Origin: Chthonomonas calidirosea
GTDB lineage: Bacteria; Armatimonadota; Fimbriimonadia; Fimbriimonadales; Fimbriimonadaceae
Assembly: GCA_945859975.1 (NCBI GenBank)
Contig: CAMAPH010000011.1
Location: 1-64,000, forward strand
Length of the DNA: 64,000 nucleotides
Direction: 5' to 3'
This document shows positions 9,351 through 19,900 of the stretch, piece after piece. The position numbers and the translations under genes were made by a program. The notes beneath the pieces are model-generated. The model made no database searches. It saw nothing but the letters and a program-made list of their open reading frames with translations, and was not told the origin of the DNA. Position 1 is the stretch's first letter, and each line of letters begins with the position of its first letter.

Positions 9351-10202
9351 ATGTCGCTACGCGTACTCTCCATCGCCGACCTGCCCGCTGCAAAAATGGA
9401 ACGGGTGATCGTTCACTGGACGGGTGGTCCGTACAACGCTTCTGCGCTTGATCGCGAGCACTATCACTTCCTAGTTGAGGGCGACGGCGATGTCGTCAAA
9501 GGTGATCATTCCGTGAAGTCCAACGAAGTTGTTGTGCCGGGACGCGGTTATGCCGCGCACACTCTCGGATGCAACACCAAGTCCATCGGCATCTCCGCAT
9601 GCTGCATGTTAGGAGCTCAAGAGGGCACCGCGAGCCGCCCATTGAGAGCTGGTAGCAACCCAATGAAGCAAACGCAGTGGGAAAAGCTAGCGCTTGTTGC
9701 CGCTGACCTCTGCGAGCACTACGACATCCCGGTGACCCGGGAGACCGTACTTGGCCACGGCGAGGTTCAGAAGAACCTCGGTATCACGCAACGCCAAAAG
9801 TGGGACCCAATGGCGTTGCCTTGGGATCCAAACTTCCAGAAGCCAGCAAATTATCCCGCTGTCGGAGACATGTTCCGTGCTCGAGTGCGAGCCGCGCTCA
9901 AGCCCGCACCAACCGTCGAAATCCCGGCGGAAGCCCGCGTGTTGCTCAGGAACGAGTTCTTCCCGGCAGTCCTCGAAGACGGTTCCAGCTGGGGAGCGAT
10001 CAAGGCGATGGCCGCAAAATTTGGATGGAGACTGATCAAGATCACCCAGAAACTTGCATCTGTTCAAATTGGTTCTGAGACCCACGAAATGGACTTCATC
10101 AATGAAGACGGCACGGGCTACGTTCAGTTGGTCGACCTTGCCAAGGCATTAGACCTACAGATCAGTTGGGATCCGATCTCTCGAACGATCAAACTCGACT
10201 AA
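9351..10202 (+). CDS. N-acetylmuramoyl-L-alanine amidase (Amidase_2/PGRP-like) with C-terminal copper-amine-oxidase-N-like domain
   Basis: VIVHWTGG, YHFLVEGDG, AAHTLGCNTKSIGIS, VLGHGEV, QKWD; tail LAKALDLQISWDPISRTIKL. Confidence 0.82.
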   Translation: MSLRVLSIADLPAAKMERVIVHWTGGPYNASALDREHYHFLVEGDGDVVKGDHSVKSNEVVVPGRGYAAHTLGCNTKSIGISACCMLGAQEGTASRPLRAGSNPMKQTQWEKLALVAADLCEHYDIPVTRETVLGHGEVQKNLGITQRQKWDPMALPWDPNFQKPANYPAVGDMFRARVRAALKPAPTVEIPAEARVLLRNEFFPAVLEDGSSWGAIKAMAAKFGWRLIKITQKLASVQIGSETHEMDFINEDGTGYVQLVDLAKALDLQISWDPISRTIKLD

Positions 10203-10222
10203 CGTCGGCTAAAATGGTGCCC

Positions 10223-12751
10223 ATGCCGATGCCGGTTCTTGCCGCTCTTCTGGGTTTTTGGGCACCCACTTTTGACTTCCACGAATTTGGGCCGTACGAC
10301 TCCGCCGTACCCAAAGTGGAAACGACCTTGGGGTACTCGCTCGGGAGCCGAATCACAACTTATTACGACCAGGAACGAGTTGTTCTAGGGATCGCAAGCA
10401 AGGCGGGGTCGCGAGTCCGCGTTACCGAATTTGGCAAGAGCGTTCAAGGACGGCCGCTGCGGGTGGTCGCCATTTCAAGCCCGAAGAACATTCAGAACCT
10501 CAACACAATCCGCGAGGCACACCAGAAACTTGCGCGCGGCGAGGACGTGGACCTGAGCAAGCTGCCGACCCTGGTTTGGATCAACCAGAGCATCCATGGC
10601 AACGAGCCTGCGAGCTTCGAAAGCGCGATGATGTTGATCTACAACCTCGCGGCAAGCCGAAACGCTCGCATTACGAAAATTCTTGACGAATCCGTAGTGC
10701 TCGTGAACCCGGTTTATAACCCCGACGGTCATGAGCGATTTGGCGTTTACTACAACAGCATCGCCCGCGGTGGAAGCGCGCCAAGCATTTTTGAGCAGCA
10801 AGAACCGAGCCTGATCCACGGTCGAACGAACCAGTACCGGTTCGACATGAACCGGGACCGCGTGGCATTTTCCCAAGACGAGACCCGTCAAGAGTTCGCC
10901 GAGTTCCTCAAATGGTCGCCGCAGATCTACGTGGACCAGCACGGGCAGGTGGGAACCTACTTCTTCCCGCCCGAACCGATGTCGATCAACCAAAACGTCG
11001 ACCGGGATCGAAACAACAAGTGGACCGAGGTCATCGGCCAGAACATCGGCCGAGAGTTCGATAAGAAGGGCTTCCAGTACTACGTGAAGGACGCCTTTGA
11101 CCTTTACTTCCCAGGTTATCTCGACTCGTCGACCACGCTGTCCGGTGCGATCGGAATGACGCATGAGACAGACGGCGGAAAATACATCGCTGCTCGTCGT
11201 GGCGACGGCTCAGTCCTTACCCTTCGGCGCGGAATCGAAAAGCACTTCACCTCTGCCCTGGCCGTGGCAGATGCGGCCGCCCAGAACCGCCTTGCTCTTC
11301 TCCAAAGCGCAGCCAGCTTCAAGAAGAAGGTCGTTTCAGGCGAGGCCGCCGGTAAGTTCCAGCGCGTGGTCGTGACGAGCGCCGACCCTCGTCCCTTGAA
11401 GCGACTCGCCGACCAGCTCGGACGGGCTGGCATCAAGTCGAAGTGGGCGCAAGAATCGTTCACTCAGGAAGACGCGAACAACTATTGGACCGGCAAGCGC
11501 GGCAAAGCCGAGTTCCCGGCTGGCTCGCTAATCGTCGACATGAATCAAGCACAGGGTGCGTTCGCCAAGGCCCTACTCGAACCCGGACAGAACTTCGAAA
11601 AGGAGTTCATCGAACAGCAGGTCGCGAAGAAGAAGTCCGCGCCAGACGGTGAGACATACCCGGGCCCGGACGAATCCGAGTTTTATGACATCACCGGCTG
11701 GTCGCTTCCTTTCTCTCACAGCTTGCAAGCAAGTTGGTGCGAGTCAAGAGCAACGGTTCGAACATCGGACGCTCTCGATGCCCTGACCTCGAAAGAAGCC
11801 TCCAAGTCCAGCATCGGATACGCCATTGCGTATCAAGACCAAGATGACATCTTGGCCGTCCACGACATCCTCGCGGCGGGAGTCAAAGGTTCGATCACAA
11901 ACAAACCGATGAAGCTCGGTGGCCAGAGTTACAGCGCCGGAACATTCCTGTTCCTTGCCGACCGTAACGAAGACGGCTACGAAGCGGTGATCTTCGAGAA
12001 GGCAAAGGCGCGAGGGGTCTCGGTTGAAGGCCTGCTCACGAGCTATCCGTCCGAAGACCGCTACGGTCCTGGTTCCGGCACCGTCCAGCTTTTGCAGAAG
12101 CCGAAGATCGGCGTCGTCTTTGGCTCTGGTAGCAATTTGGCGAGCGTCAGCGGCACTTGGTTTGCGTTCGACCGCGTTTTTAAGCTGCCTTTTGATGCGC
12201 TCTCCACTTCCGCCCTAAGCGGGAATCTGAGTGAATACACGGCAATCATCGTCCCACCCGGAGCAAGTGCTTCGACGAGCGACCGATTGAAGGATTGGGT
12301 GCGAAGTGGTGGAAGATTGATCGTGCTTGAGGATCTCGGCTGGGCGCTTGGGCCGTCTGGGTTTGTCAGCCTGGACCGCGCCAAAGCCGAAACGCAGTCG
12401 CTGCCCGGAACCCTTTTCCGCGCGAACGTTGATGCCCGAAGCACGCTGAGCTACGGCTATCCACGAGGTACCGATGGAAAAGTTGAGATTGGCGTTCCGA
12501 TTGCCGGATCATCATTCTTTAGCGTTCGAAAGGAAGGCGGTTCCGTCGTGACTCTGCCAGACGAGAAGACCTCAAAGCTCCTCAGCGGCTGGGCTTGGCC
12601 CGACGAGTCCGAGAAAGCGATTTCGAATACGGTCTTCCTGCAGGACGCTCCGTTCGGACGCGGACATGCTTACCTGTTCACATGGGAGCCAACCGATCGT
12701 GCGATGTGGCCGGGGCTTCACAAGCTCTTGCTGAACGCGATTCTGCTTTAA
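10223..12751 (+). CDS. M14-family zinc carboxypeptidase, exported
   Basis: GKSVQGRPL, SIHGNE (HxxE), NPDGHER, DMNRD, YVDQHG; start placed at MPMPVLAALL after TAAAAT. Confidence 0.9.
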   Translation: MPMPVLAALLGFWAPTFDFHEFGPYDSAVPKVETTLGYSLGSRITTYYDQERVVLGIASKAGSRVRVTEFGKSVQGRPLRVVAISSPKNIQNLNTIREAHQKLARGEDVDLSKLPTLVWINQSIHGNEPASFESAMMLIYNLAASRNARITKILDESVVLVNPVYNPDGHERFGVYYNSIARGGSAPSIFEQQEPSLIHGRTNQYRFDMNRDRVAFSQDETRQEFAEFLKWSPQIYVDQHGQVGTYFFPPEPMSINQNVDRDRNNKWTEVIGQNIGREFDKKGFQYYVKDAFDLYFPGYLDSSTTLSGAIGMTHETDGGKYIAARRGDGSVLTLRRGIEKHFTSALAVADAAAQNRLALLQSAASFKKKVVSGEAAGKFQRVVVTSADPRPLKRLADQLGRAGIKSKWAQESFTQEDANNYWTGKRGKAEFPAGSLIVDMNQAQGAFAKALLEPGQNFEKEFIEQQVAKKKSAPDGETYPGPDESEFYDITGWSLPFSHSLQASWCESRATVRTSDALDALTSKEASKSSIGYAIAYQDQDDILAVHDILAAGVKGSITNKPMKLGGQSYSAGTFLFLADRNEDGYEAVIFEKAKARGVSVEGLLTSYPSEDRYGPGSGTVQLLQKPKIGVVFGSGSNLASVSGTWFAFDRVFKLPFDALSTSALSGNLSEYTAIIVPPGASASTSDRLKDWVRSGGRLIVLEDLGWALGPSGFVSLDRAKAETQSLPGTLFRANVDARSTLSYGYPRGTDGKVEIGVPIAGSSFFSVRKEGGSVVTLPDEKTSKLLSGWAWPDESEKAISNTVFLQDAPFGRGHAYLFTWEPTDRAMWPGLHKLLLNAILL

Positions 12752-12754
12752 CCG

Positions 12755-14467
12755 TTAACGACGTCTGCGCCGTTTCTTCGGCGCAGACTCGGCAACCTGC
12801 TTCTGCTCGTTTGCCTTGGCCAAATCTTGGGATACCGGATCGAATGTTCCGCGGATAACAATCGCATGCGGTACCGGCCTTGACGGTGTGCTAGCGGTGC
12901 TGTGGCCGGAGGCGAGAACGGAATTCTCGTACACAAGCGAAGTTGAGAAGCCGCTGTCCAGCAAGATTGCTTCCAAGACTCCGGCCGCCGCCAGGGCCTT
13001 TGCAAACTTGGCGCTACTTACGGAGCCTTTTGTCGCCGCGTAAACCATGTTTCCGCTCGCGTCAACGCCGATTGCCGCCCGCCGACGGGCATCCTGGATG
13101 TCGGAAGCTCCATACACGTTCATGTCGTCCCGTTCACGGGCGACGCCACCATGAACGAGCCAAACGCCGCCCATGAAGACATCGGTCACGTCCGGCATGA
13201 AGTCTCGGAAGGCTGCGTCGGTCCGCATTGTTTCGGCCTGGAACGGCAGAATCGCCACTCCGCTTGGGCCCCACATCATTACGGGCCGGTTTCTCAGTTT
13301 TTCCCAGCGGAGCTTTTCCTCATCGCCGACCACTTCGGGTTGATCGTGGGTTTTGCACGGACCGACCAGACGATTGTCAGTGGACTTAATTGCCGCCATT
13401 GCGAAGAACGTGCCGTTGATGCCAGCTTGCGCACCGGTGCGCTGAACGAACTCCAGCACGCCCTCTCGAGTTTCGGACATGACGGTCTCCGGCGTTCCTC
13501 CACTCATAAGAACCATTTTCACGTCTTCAATCTCTTCAATCCGAAGCGTGATTGGAGCGGCGGACATTGGAGCCTGGAAGATGCCTAGCGCACCACCCGC
13601 AAGCGCCTTCGCGCGGTCTTCCAAGGCTTTATCGATTCGCGTGTGCACGTAGCGGTTAACGCAGAAGAGACTCGGGGACTCTTCGGCTAAGCCGTTTTCG
13701 ATGCTAAACGCCATTTTGTAGCCTACGGACTTTGTCAGCTCTTGGGTGGTCTCATCGTTCTTGCCGTTTGGATAGGCAAGGAAGTCAACTTTGATGCCGA
13801 GCTCGCGCTCCAGCTCTTCTTTCGAGTCTCGAAGCTCTCTCTCTTGCTCAAACGGATCGAGTTTTGAGAGGTCATCCGGGTGCGTGATAGTATGTGAGCC
13901 AACGGTGAACAGCGGGTCCTTGAGCAGTTCCTTCAGCGTCTCATACGTCATCTTGGGATGCTCGCCATCTTGCTTCCCAACGAAGCCCGTGTGAACAAAC
14001 ACCGTGGCAGGAAACCCGTACGACTTCAAGATGGGCCACGCGTTGTCGTAGAAGCCCTGATAGTTGTCATCAAAAGTCAGGACAATGGCCGTCTCCGGTA
14101 CTTCTTTTCCACTGGTGAGGTGGTCATGCAGGTCTTGGATAGAAATGGGGACCGCACCGTCGGCTTGGAGTTGCTGCATCTGCTCGGTGAACTCCTTCAC
14201 GCTGCAGTCGAACCACTGCGAGGTTCGGGTTCGCTCCGGAATCACGTCGTGATACATGAGGACCGGAATACGTCGATTCTGGGACTTGAGCGATATTTCG
14301 GTGTAAGCCGGGGGCGGCGGAGTAGGTGCGGGTGCTTTGAGCTCGGTGGGGGCTTCGATCTGGGGCGGCCCACCATGGCCCGAAAACATCTGGCAAGAAG
14401 CCAGAGGAATTCCGAACATCGCCAACTGAAGCGCAATCAATCTTCTAGGGTTTCGCACCGGTCCCAA
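12755..14467 (-). CDS. Lipoprotein: polysaccharide deacetylase (NodB) fused to phosphodiester-glycosidase (NAGPA/DUF2233-like) domain
   Basis: LASC lipobox; PVLMYHD, LTFDDNY, GSHTITH, LAYPNG; C-terminal GINGTFF, RRRAAIG, AILLDSGFSTSL, RPVPHAI. Confidence 0.82.
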   Translation of the reverse strand: MGPVRNPRRLIALQLAMFGIPLASCQMFSGHGGPPQIEAPTELKAPAPTPPPPAYTEISLKSQNRRIPVLMYHDVIPERTRTSQWFDCSVKEFTEQMQQLQADGAVPISIQDLHDHLTSGKEVPETAIVLTFDDNYQGFYDNAWPILKSYGFPATVFVHTGFVGKQDGEHPKMTYETLKELLKDPLFTVGSHTITHPDDLSKLDPFEQERELRDSKEELERELGIKVDFLAYPNGKNDETTQELTKSVGYKMAFSIENGLAEESPSLFCVNRYVHTRIDKALEDRAKALAGGALGIFQAPMSAAPITLRIEEIEDVKMVLMSGGTPETVMSETREGVLEFVQRTGAQAGINGTFFAMAAIKSTDNRLVGPCKTHDQPEVVGDEEKLRWEKLRNRPVMMWGPSGVAILPFQAETMRTDAAFRDFMPDVTDVFMGGVWLVHGGVARERDDMNVYGASDIQDARRRAAIGVDASGNMVYAATKGSVSSAKFAKALAAAGVLEAILLDSGFSTSLVYENSVLASGHSTASTPSRPVPHAIVIRGTFDPVSQDLAKANEQKQVAESAPKKRRRRR

Positions 14468-14501
14468 TGATTTACCCGGAAGAGTGGTAAGACAGTCGCA
14501 T

Positions 14502-15332
14502 ATGGTCCCGATTCTTGTTGCGATGACGCTTCAATCGTCGCAAACACCACCGGTTCGAAAGAGCTCATTGACCGGAGAGATCCGCATTCACCGCGAATTC
14601 CCTTCAGAAATTTTTCGCAACAAGCGGAATGTTTCGGTCTACTTGCCGCCGAATTATGGCGGGGAAACTAAACGACGCTATTCCGTTCTGTACATGCACG
14701 ACGGGCAGAATGTGTTCGATGGAATGACTTCGTACATCCCCAATGCGGAATGGAGAGCAGACGAGGCGGCACAGGCCCTCATTGAATCAAATGCGATGGA
14801 GCCGATCATCATCGTGGCCATCGACAACGCCCAGGCAGATCGAGCAAACGAGTTTTTGCCGACGCGTAGCCGCGAGATGGGCGGCAAGGCGAAAGACTAC
14901 GGCCGATTTTTGGTGGAAGAAGTGATGCCGTTCGTCAATAAAACCTATCGAACGAAAACCGGTCCTGGCAACACCGCAATCGGTGGCTCGTCGTTCGGTG
15001 GCGTGGTCACCGCTTGCGTGGGCATGCAGTATCCGGACGTCTTTGGAAAGCTTGCGATCCTTTCGCCTTCGGTCTGGTGGGACAATCGCGTGCTCCTGAA
15101 AATGGTCGCCGCGATGCCGAAGAAAACGAACCAGAAAATTTGGATCGATATCGGCACGGCAGAAGGAAGCATGGCGGTTCGAGACACCCACGATCTGGCG
15201 GACACCTACACGGCGAAGGGCTGGAAGCTCGGGAAAGACCTATTTGTGTATGTCGACCGCGATGCCGAACACAACGAGCGAGCTTGGGCCAGCCGATTCG
15301 GCGAGATTCTGTTGACCTTCTTCCGAAAGTAA
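14502..15332 (+). CDS. Alpha/beta hydrolase, putative esterase
   Basis: VYLPPNY, VLYMHDGQNVF, GGSSFGG nucleophile elbow, SPSVWW, AEHNERAW. Confidence 0.88.
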   Translation: MVPILVAMTLQSSQTPPVRKSSLTGEIRIHREFPSEIFRNKRNVSVYLPPNYGGETKRRYSVLYMHDGQNVFDGMTSYIPNAEWRADEAAQALIESNAMEPIIIVAIDNAQADRANEFLPTRSREMGGKAKDYGRFLVEEVMPFVNKTYRTKTGPGNTAIGGSSFGGVVTACVGMQYPDVFGKLAILSPSVWWDNRVLLKMVAAMPKKTNQKIWIDIGTAEGSMAVRDTHDLADTYTAKGWKLGKDLFVYVDRDAEHNERAWASRFGEILLTFFRK

Positions 15333-15334
15333 AT

Positions 15335-16804
15335 TCAGCGCGATCGGCGGGAGAAGAACAGCTTGGTGGCTTTGGCCAGAATGCGCAGGTCCATCGCCGG
15401 AGATCTGTGCTTGATGTAGTACAGGTCGTATTGGAGTTTCACCAGGCTGTCTTCTTCCGAGACTCCGTAGTGATACATGACTTGGGCCCAGCCCGTCACT
15501 CCGGGTTTGACCGAGTGCCGTGCCCGGAAAAACGGAATAGTCTCGCTGAGTAAGAGCGTAAATTCGGGCCGCTCGGGCTGCGGTCCGATGAGGCTCATCT
15601 CTCCCCGCAAAAGGTTCCAACTCGTGGGCAAATTCTCAAGGCCGGTGTTGCGGAGATACTTGCCGACTTTCGAAAGCGTCGGGGCGTCATCCCGCCAGGC
15701 CGAAGCGATCTCGGCTTCCGATAGGTCCTCAATCCGGAATCGAAGCATCTGAAACTCCGTTCCCCCTTTGCCCGTCCGTGGTTGGGTCGTGAACAGTGGA
15801 CCGCGGTTTCTTGTCGCAAGATTGAGAACCGAGATCACCGGCGCGGCCACGAGGGTCAGAATGAGGCCAAGAACGGAAACCACGATGTCGACGCACCGAA
15901 CGAGTACGTCGTGGACAAACGGATGGGGCGCCTGCTCCATCGGAAACATGATTCCCCAGTTGTCTCCGACGTGCTCTACGACAATTTTCTCGGTGAGCGA
16001 TTCGTACAGTGCTGGCATGCTGCAAACGCGGATTCCACGCTCTTTTGCATTGATGAGCAGACTGAAAACATCCGCCCCAATCTGCACTTTGTTGACGGCC
16101 AGTGCGAGCGTATCGACTTGATGGCTCTCGATCACGGTCATGGCGTCGGATGAAGTGCTAAGCACGGGATACCCGCCCTTGATGGATCCGACTTTTTCAG
16201 AATCGTCATCGATGAATCCAACAAGCTGGTAGTCCTGATCACCGCGCACGGCCTTCCCATGGAGCTCCTCCGCAAGAATGCTCCCGCTGACGCCGGCTCC
16301 GACAATCAGCACCCGCATGGTGAACGGAATGAATTTCGCGAGCACGTAGAACGCGACTCGCCATAGGGCAAAGCCGATGAAGGCGACACCTGCGTAACGG
16401 TAGGCAATCATCAAGTCTCCCTCCGGAGCAGGGATTTGATACATCAGGCGAGCAACGCCAATGGCAAGGATTGCGCCTACGGTCGCCCGGTGCGTTCGGC
16501 TCCAGCTACTGGCCCGGGAAAGACTATATAGATTCCCGCTGATGGCAAGAACGATCCAAATCAGGACTCCCATGAGGAGCGCAGCGATTTCTTGATTTGT
16601 GAAAGCGACGGGACGCTCGGTATGCCGAACCAGGGTTGCGAGAACCATCGGCGCGAGCAAGGCAATGGCGTCACCAAACCCCAAGAGCCAGCGCCCTTCT
16701 TTGTGGGTAAGAAGGCTACGTCTGCCGGAAGCGACCTCTAACGAACTCGCCCCTTGCGGTGAACCATTCTTTCCCGGCTTAGCTCTCTCGTCTAACCGAA
16801 CCAT
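15335..16804 (-). CDS. WcaJ/CpsE-type sugar transferase (priming phosphoglycosyl transferase) with degenerate active-site motifs
   Basis: N-terminal TMs, VLIVGAG and VGFIDDD CoA-binding-like domain, GEMSLIGP, VKPGVTGWAQV, YDLYYIKH. Confidence 0.85.
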   Translation of the reverse strand: MVRLDERAKPGKNGSPQGASSLEVASGRRSLLTHKEGRWLLGFGDAIALLAPMVLATLVRHTERPVAFTNQEIAALLMGVLIWIVLAISGNLYSLSRASSWSRTHRATVGAILAIGVARLMYQIPAPEGDLMIAYRYAGVAFIGFALWRVAFYVLAKFIPFTMRVLIVGAGVSGSILAEELHGKAVRGDQDYQLVGFIDDDSEKVGSIKGGYPVLSTSSDAMTVIESHQVDTLALAVNKVQIGADVFSLLINAKERGIRVCSMPALYESLTEKIVVEHVGDNWGIMFPMEQAPHPFVHDVLVRCVDIVVSVLGLILTLVAAPVISVLNLATRNRGPLFTTQPRTGKGGTEFQMLRFRIEDLSEAEIASAWRDDAPTLSKVGKYLRNTGLENLPTSWNLLRGEMSLIGPQPERPEFTLLLSETIPFFRARHSVKPGVTGWAQVMYHYGVSEEDSLVKLQYDLYYIKHRSPAMDLRILAKATKLFFSRRSR

Positions 16805-16934
16805 TTGCCCCCAAGCAAAAATTGCTTTTTCATCTCTCGCGAAGTTCCAATGAGACTCCAGCGTCTGCGTTGAGCACTTTTAGTATGCGCCGAACTTTTG
16901 TTAAATCACCGAACTTTTTGACCCTGAAGAAGCA

Positions 16935-16971
16935 AATTGGACCAACCCACTCTTTGAGGGTTGGTCCAATT
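16935..16971 (-). terminator. 14-bp perfect hairpin just downstream of the SLBB gene
   Basis: AATTGGACCAACCC-9nt-GGGTTGGTCCAATT; weak U-tract. Confidence 0.55.
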
Positions 16972-16977
16972 GCGCGA

Positions 16978-19900
16978 TTATCGAGTCAACGATCGAATCA
17001 GTGCAAGCGAAATTCCTGCAGACGCCACCGTCTGAGTGATCGTTTGCAGCGCGTTCACATTGTCCTTCAATCGCACGGCCTGCACCTTCGTTGGAATCAG
17101 GATGTTGTCTCCGAGCTCAATCTTGACTCCCTTTTGGTACCGCACGATACCACCCGTTGCCCGAATGATCAGGATTTCCTGGATCGAGGCATCGTTCGTG
17201 AGTCCACCGGCTCTTGGCAGGTAGTAGTCAAGTCCTGCGCCGGGCCTATAAAGGACTGCAGAAGGGAGTACAACCGCACCAGTAATGCTAACGGTTGTCG
17301 GAGTTTCCGGAACGTTGATCACATCACCGTCCTTCAAGACTGGGTCAAGCGTGCTGTTCGGCTTTCGGAGAGCGCCGCGTAGATCGATGTCCAGGTTTCC
17401 GGAAGGAACGAGTTCGTTCTCTCCGAGCTTTCGAGCGTTCGTGGCCGCTTCACTTCGGAGCGCCGCAGCGAGAGCTTGGTCCAAACTAGCACCGGGCTGG
17501 AGCCCTTGGTCGCTTGCACCGCCACTGGTCTGGATTGGCAAGAGGCTCGCCGAGGTCGAAATAGTTGCCCCTTGAGAGAAGACGATTCGAAGCCGGTCAA
17601 GGTCCGCAAGGGCGGAGGCTCGGCGATACTCGGCGTCGGCAACCAAAAGCAAAGTGCCAGCAATTCGAGGTTGCAAGGCCAACTGCTTCGGAGTGGTCAG
17701 CAGCGATGGGTCTCGGTTAAATTCTGTTCCCTCTGGGAATGCTCCGGAAACGAGGCCTCCAGCGCGCTGAATCAAGTTGCTCAACCGATCGTTCGTGCCC
17801 GTGATCATGTACGGACCAGGGAATCGGACCTTACCGTTGATGTAGACGAGGCGAGCTCGCTCTTGAATATCGCTTCTTGCAGGAAGGGTGACTTGATCGC
17901 CCGCCTTGATTTCAATGCTCGCTGCGGCCGCACCATTGATCACATCCATTACGGCAATGCGCTCTACAGGCGTACCGGCCTTTTGCCATGCTCGTGAGAG
18001 CTCAATGACCGATGACGCGTTCGGCAAGACGCCGCCAGCGAGGGTGACTAGATCAGCCAGCTTGAGGTTGCTCGAAGTTGGATAGTTGCCAGGTCGCTGA
18101 ACTGCGCCAGAAATCCGGACCGTTTCCGTAACGGTGAATTTGGATTCCGCTTCGGTGAAGATCGAGAGACGATCCTTAATGTTGATTTCAACGTTCGCGG
18201 CCAGGTCGCCTTTAAGGAGGGCAGCAAGGTCGATGATCTCAAGCGGCCCCTGAGTTCCGTTTGGATTTGCACGCTGCAAGTAGGCGCGGCTCTTTTCCGC
18301 CGTCGGCAGTAGGCCACCAGCGACTTCGATAAGGTCCTTAAGTCGCATACCCGCCGACTTCGTGAAGGTTCCGGGTCGCTGGACTGCGCCAACGATTTCC
18401 ACGATCTGGTCTGGATAGAAGTCTGCCGTCGCGAAGGTGTTGACGGTCAGAACGTCATCGTCTTGAAGAACAATGTTTTCCGACGGATCACCAACGGCCG
18501 CCTTCGCAAGATTCACGCGGACAAGCGGACCTGGGCGACCATCCGCAAGGGCTCGCTGAAGCAGGCCAACTCGATCGTTTGCCGTTGGAAGTAGTCCACC
18601 GGCTTGGATGAGCAGGTCTCGCAGGGTCTGACCGTTCGAACGAACGTACAAACCAGGCCGCTGGACAGCGCCAGAGATCGTTACTCGACGCGGGCTCAGG
18701 AATTGCGTTTCCTTAATGCTGTAAACGCGAATTCGGTCATTCGGCTGAAGCTCGATGTTTGCGCCAGAAACCTTAGCAATGGCATCTCGCAATCGAACCG
18801 GAATCAGCGTGGTCGAACCGTCTGGGTTCTGTCGATAGAGATCGGCTCGGTCGAGATAAGTGTCTTCAATCGTTCCGCGAGCGAGCAGAAGCAAGTCGGA
18901 AACCCGCATACCCTTCGAAAAACCGAAGGATCGTGGCTGGTCAACTGCGCCCTCAATTCGGACTGCGTTTTGCACCAGAGAGCGGATGCTGAAAATGTCT
19001 ACCGAGTCGCCATCGTAAAGGACCGGATTGTCGGTGGTGCTTCGTCCGAGGAGGTTGGCGTCGATCAACACACGAGAGACGCCGGGTCGAACGGATTCAA
19101 CGGAAACCTGCTGGGTGATACCGGTCGGCTTCGCTCCGCCAGCGTACGCCAGAACATCTCGAAGTTTTTCGCCCGAGCGAATCTCATAAACCGCGGGGCG
19201 GCGGACTTCGCCTTTCACCGTGATGCGGGAGTCTGCGGGTGGAATAAAAATCGTGTCGCCTGGCTGGAGCGGAACATCAAGGCTGCCATCACCCTGAAGC
19301 AGAAGTCGATACAGGTCAATTCGCTTCAGCGGGGTGTTGAATCGTCGCAGTTCAATGTTTCGGAAGCTGCCGGTGTCGTTCGGGCCGCCTGCGGCATATA
19401 GCGCGTTGAACAGCGTGATGATGCTCGGGACTTCGTAAGTTCCAGGAGCATAGGCATCACCAAGAATTCGAATCGAAATTGTTCGCAGCTCAGCAAGCTG
19501 TGTTTCCACCTGCGCGTCTCGAAGGTAACGGTTGGCGATTCGTGAGATGGTGTTGTTTGCCTGCCCGACGGTTTGTCCGCGAACGACTACTCGTTCGCCG
19601 GTCCCTGGAACAGTGATGCCACCCGTCGCGTCCACTCGAACCTGCTGGGTCGTTGGCGCTTGAACTGGGCTAGCGATTCGAATACTGAGGAGGTCGCCAG
19701 GTCCGATTTGGTAGCGCTCCGGAACTGGCAAGTTTGCGCCGCCCTTGAGCATCTGGTCTGGACCAACGGCGGTTTGAAGTGAGTTTCCTCCGCCAGCGGC
19801 TCCGCCAGCTCGTCGCTGATCGATCAATAGTCGAGCTTCTTTAAAGTACTCAAAGCCGAAGACCGGGAGGTTCTTGATTACCGGAAGGCCAGGATCAGCA

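Noticed and set aside
16805..16930. CCGAACTTTT direct repeat and minus-strand GGAACTT as an ECF promoter for the sugar transferase
   Set aside because: No convincing matching -10; short motifs could be chance
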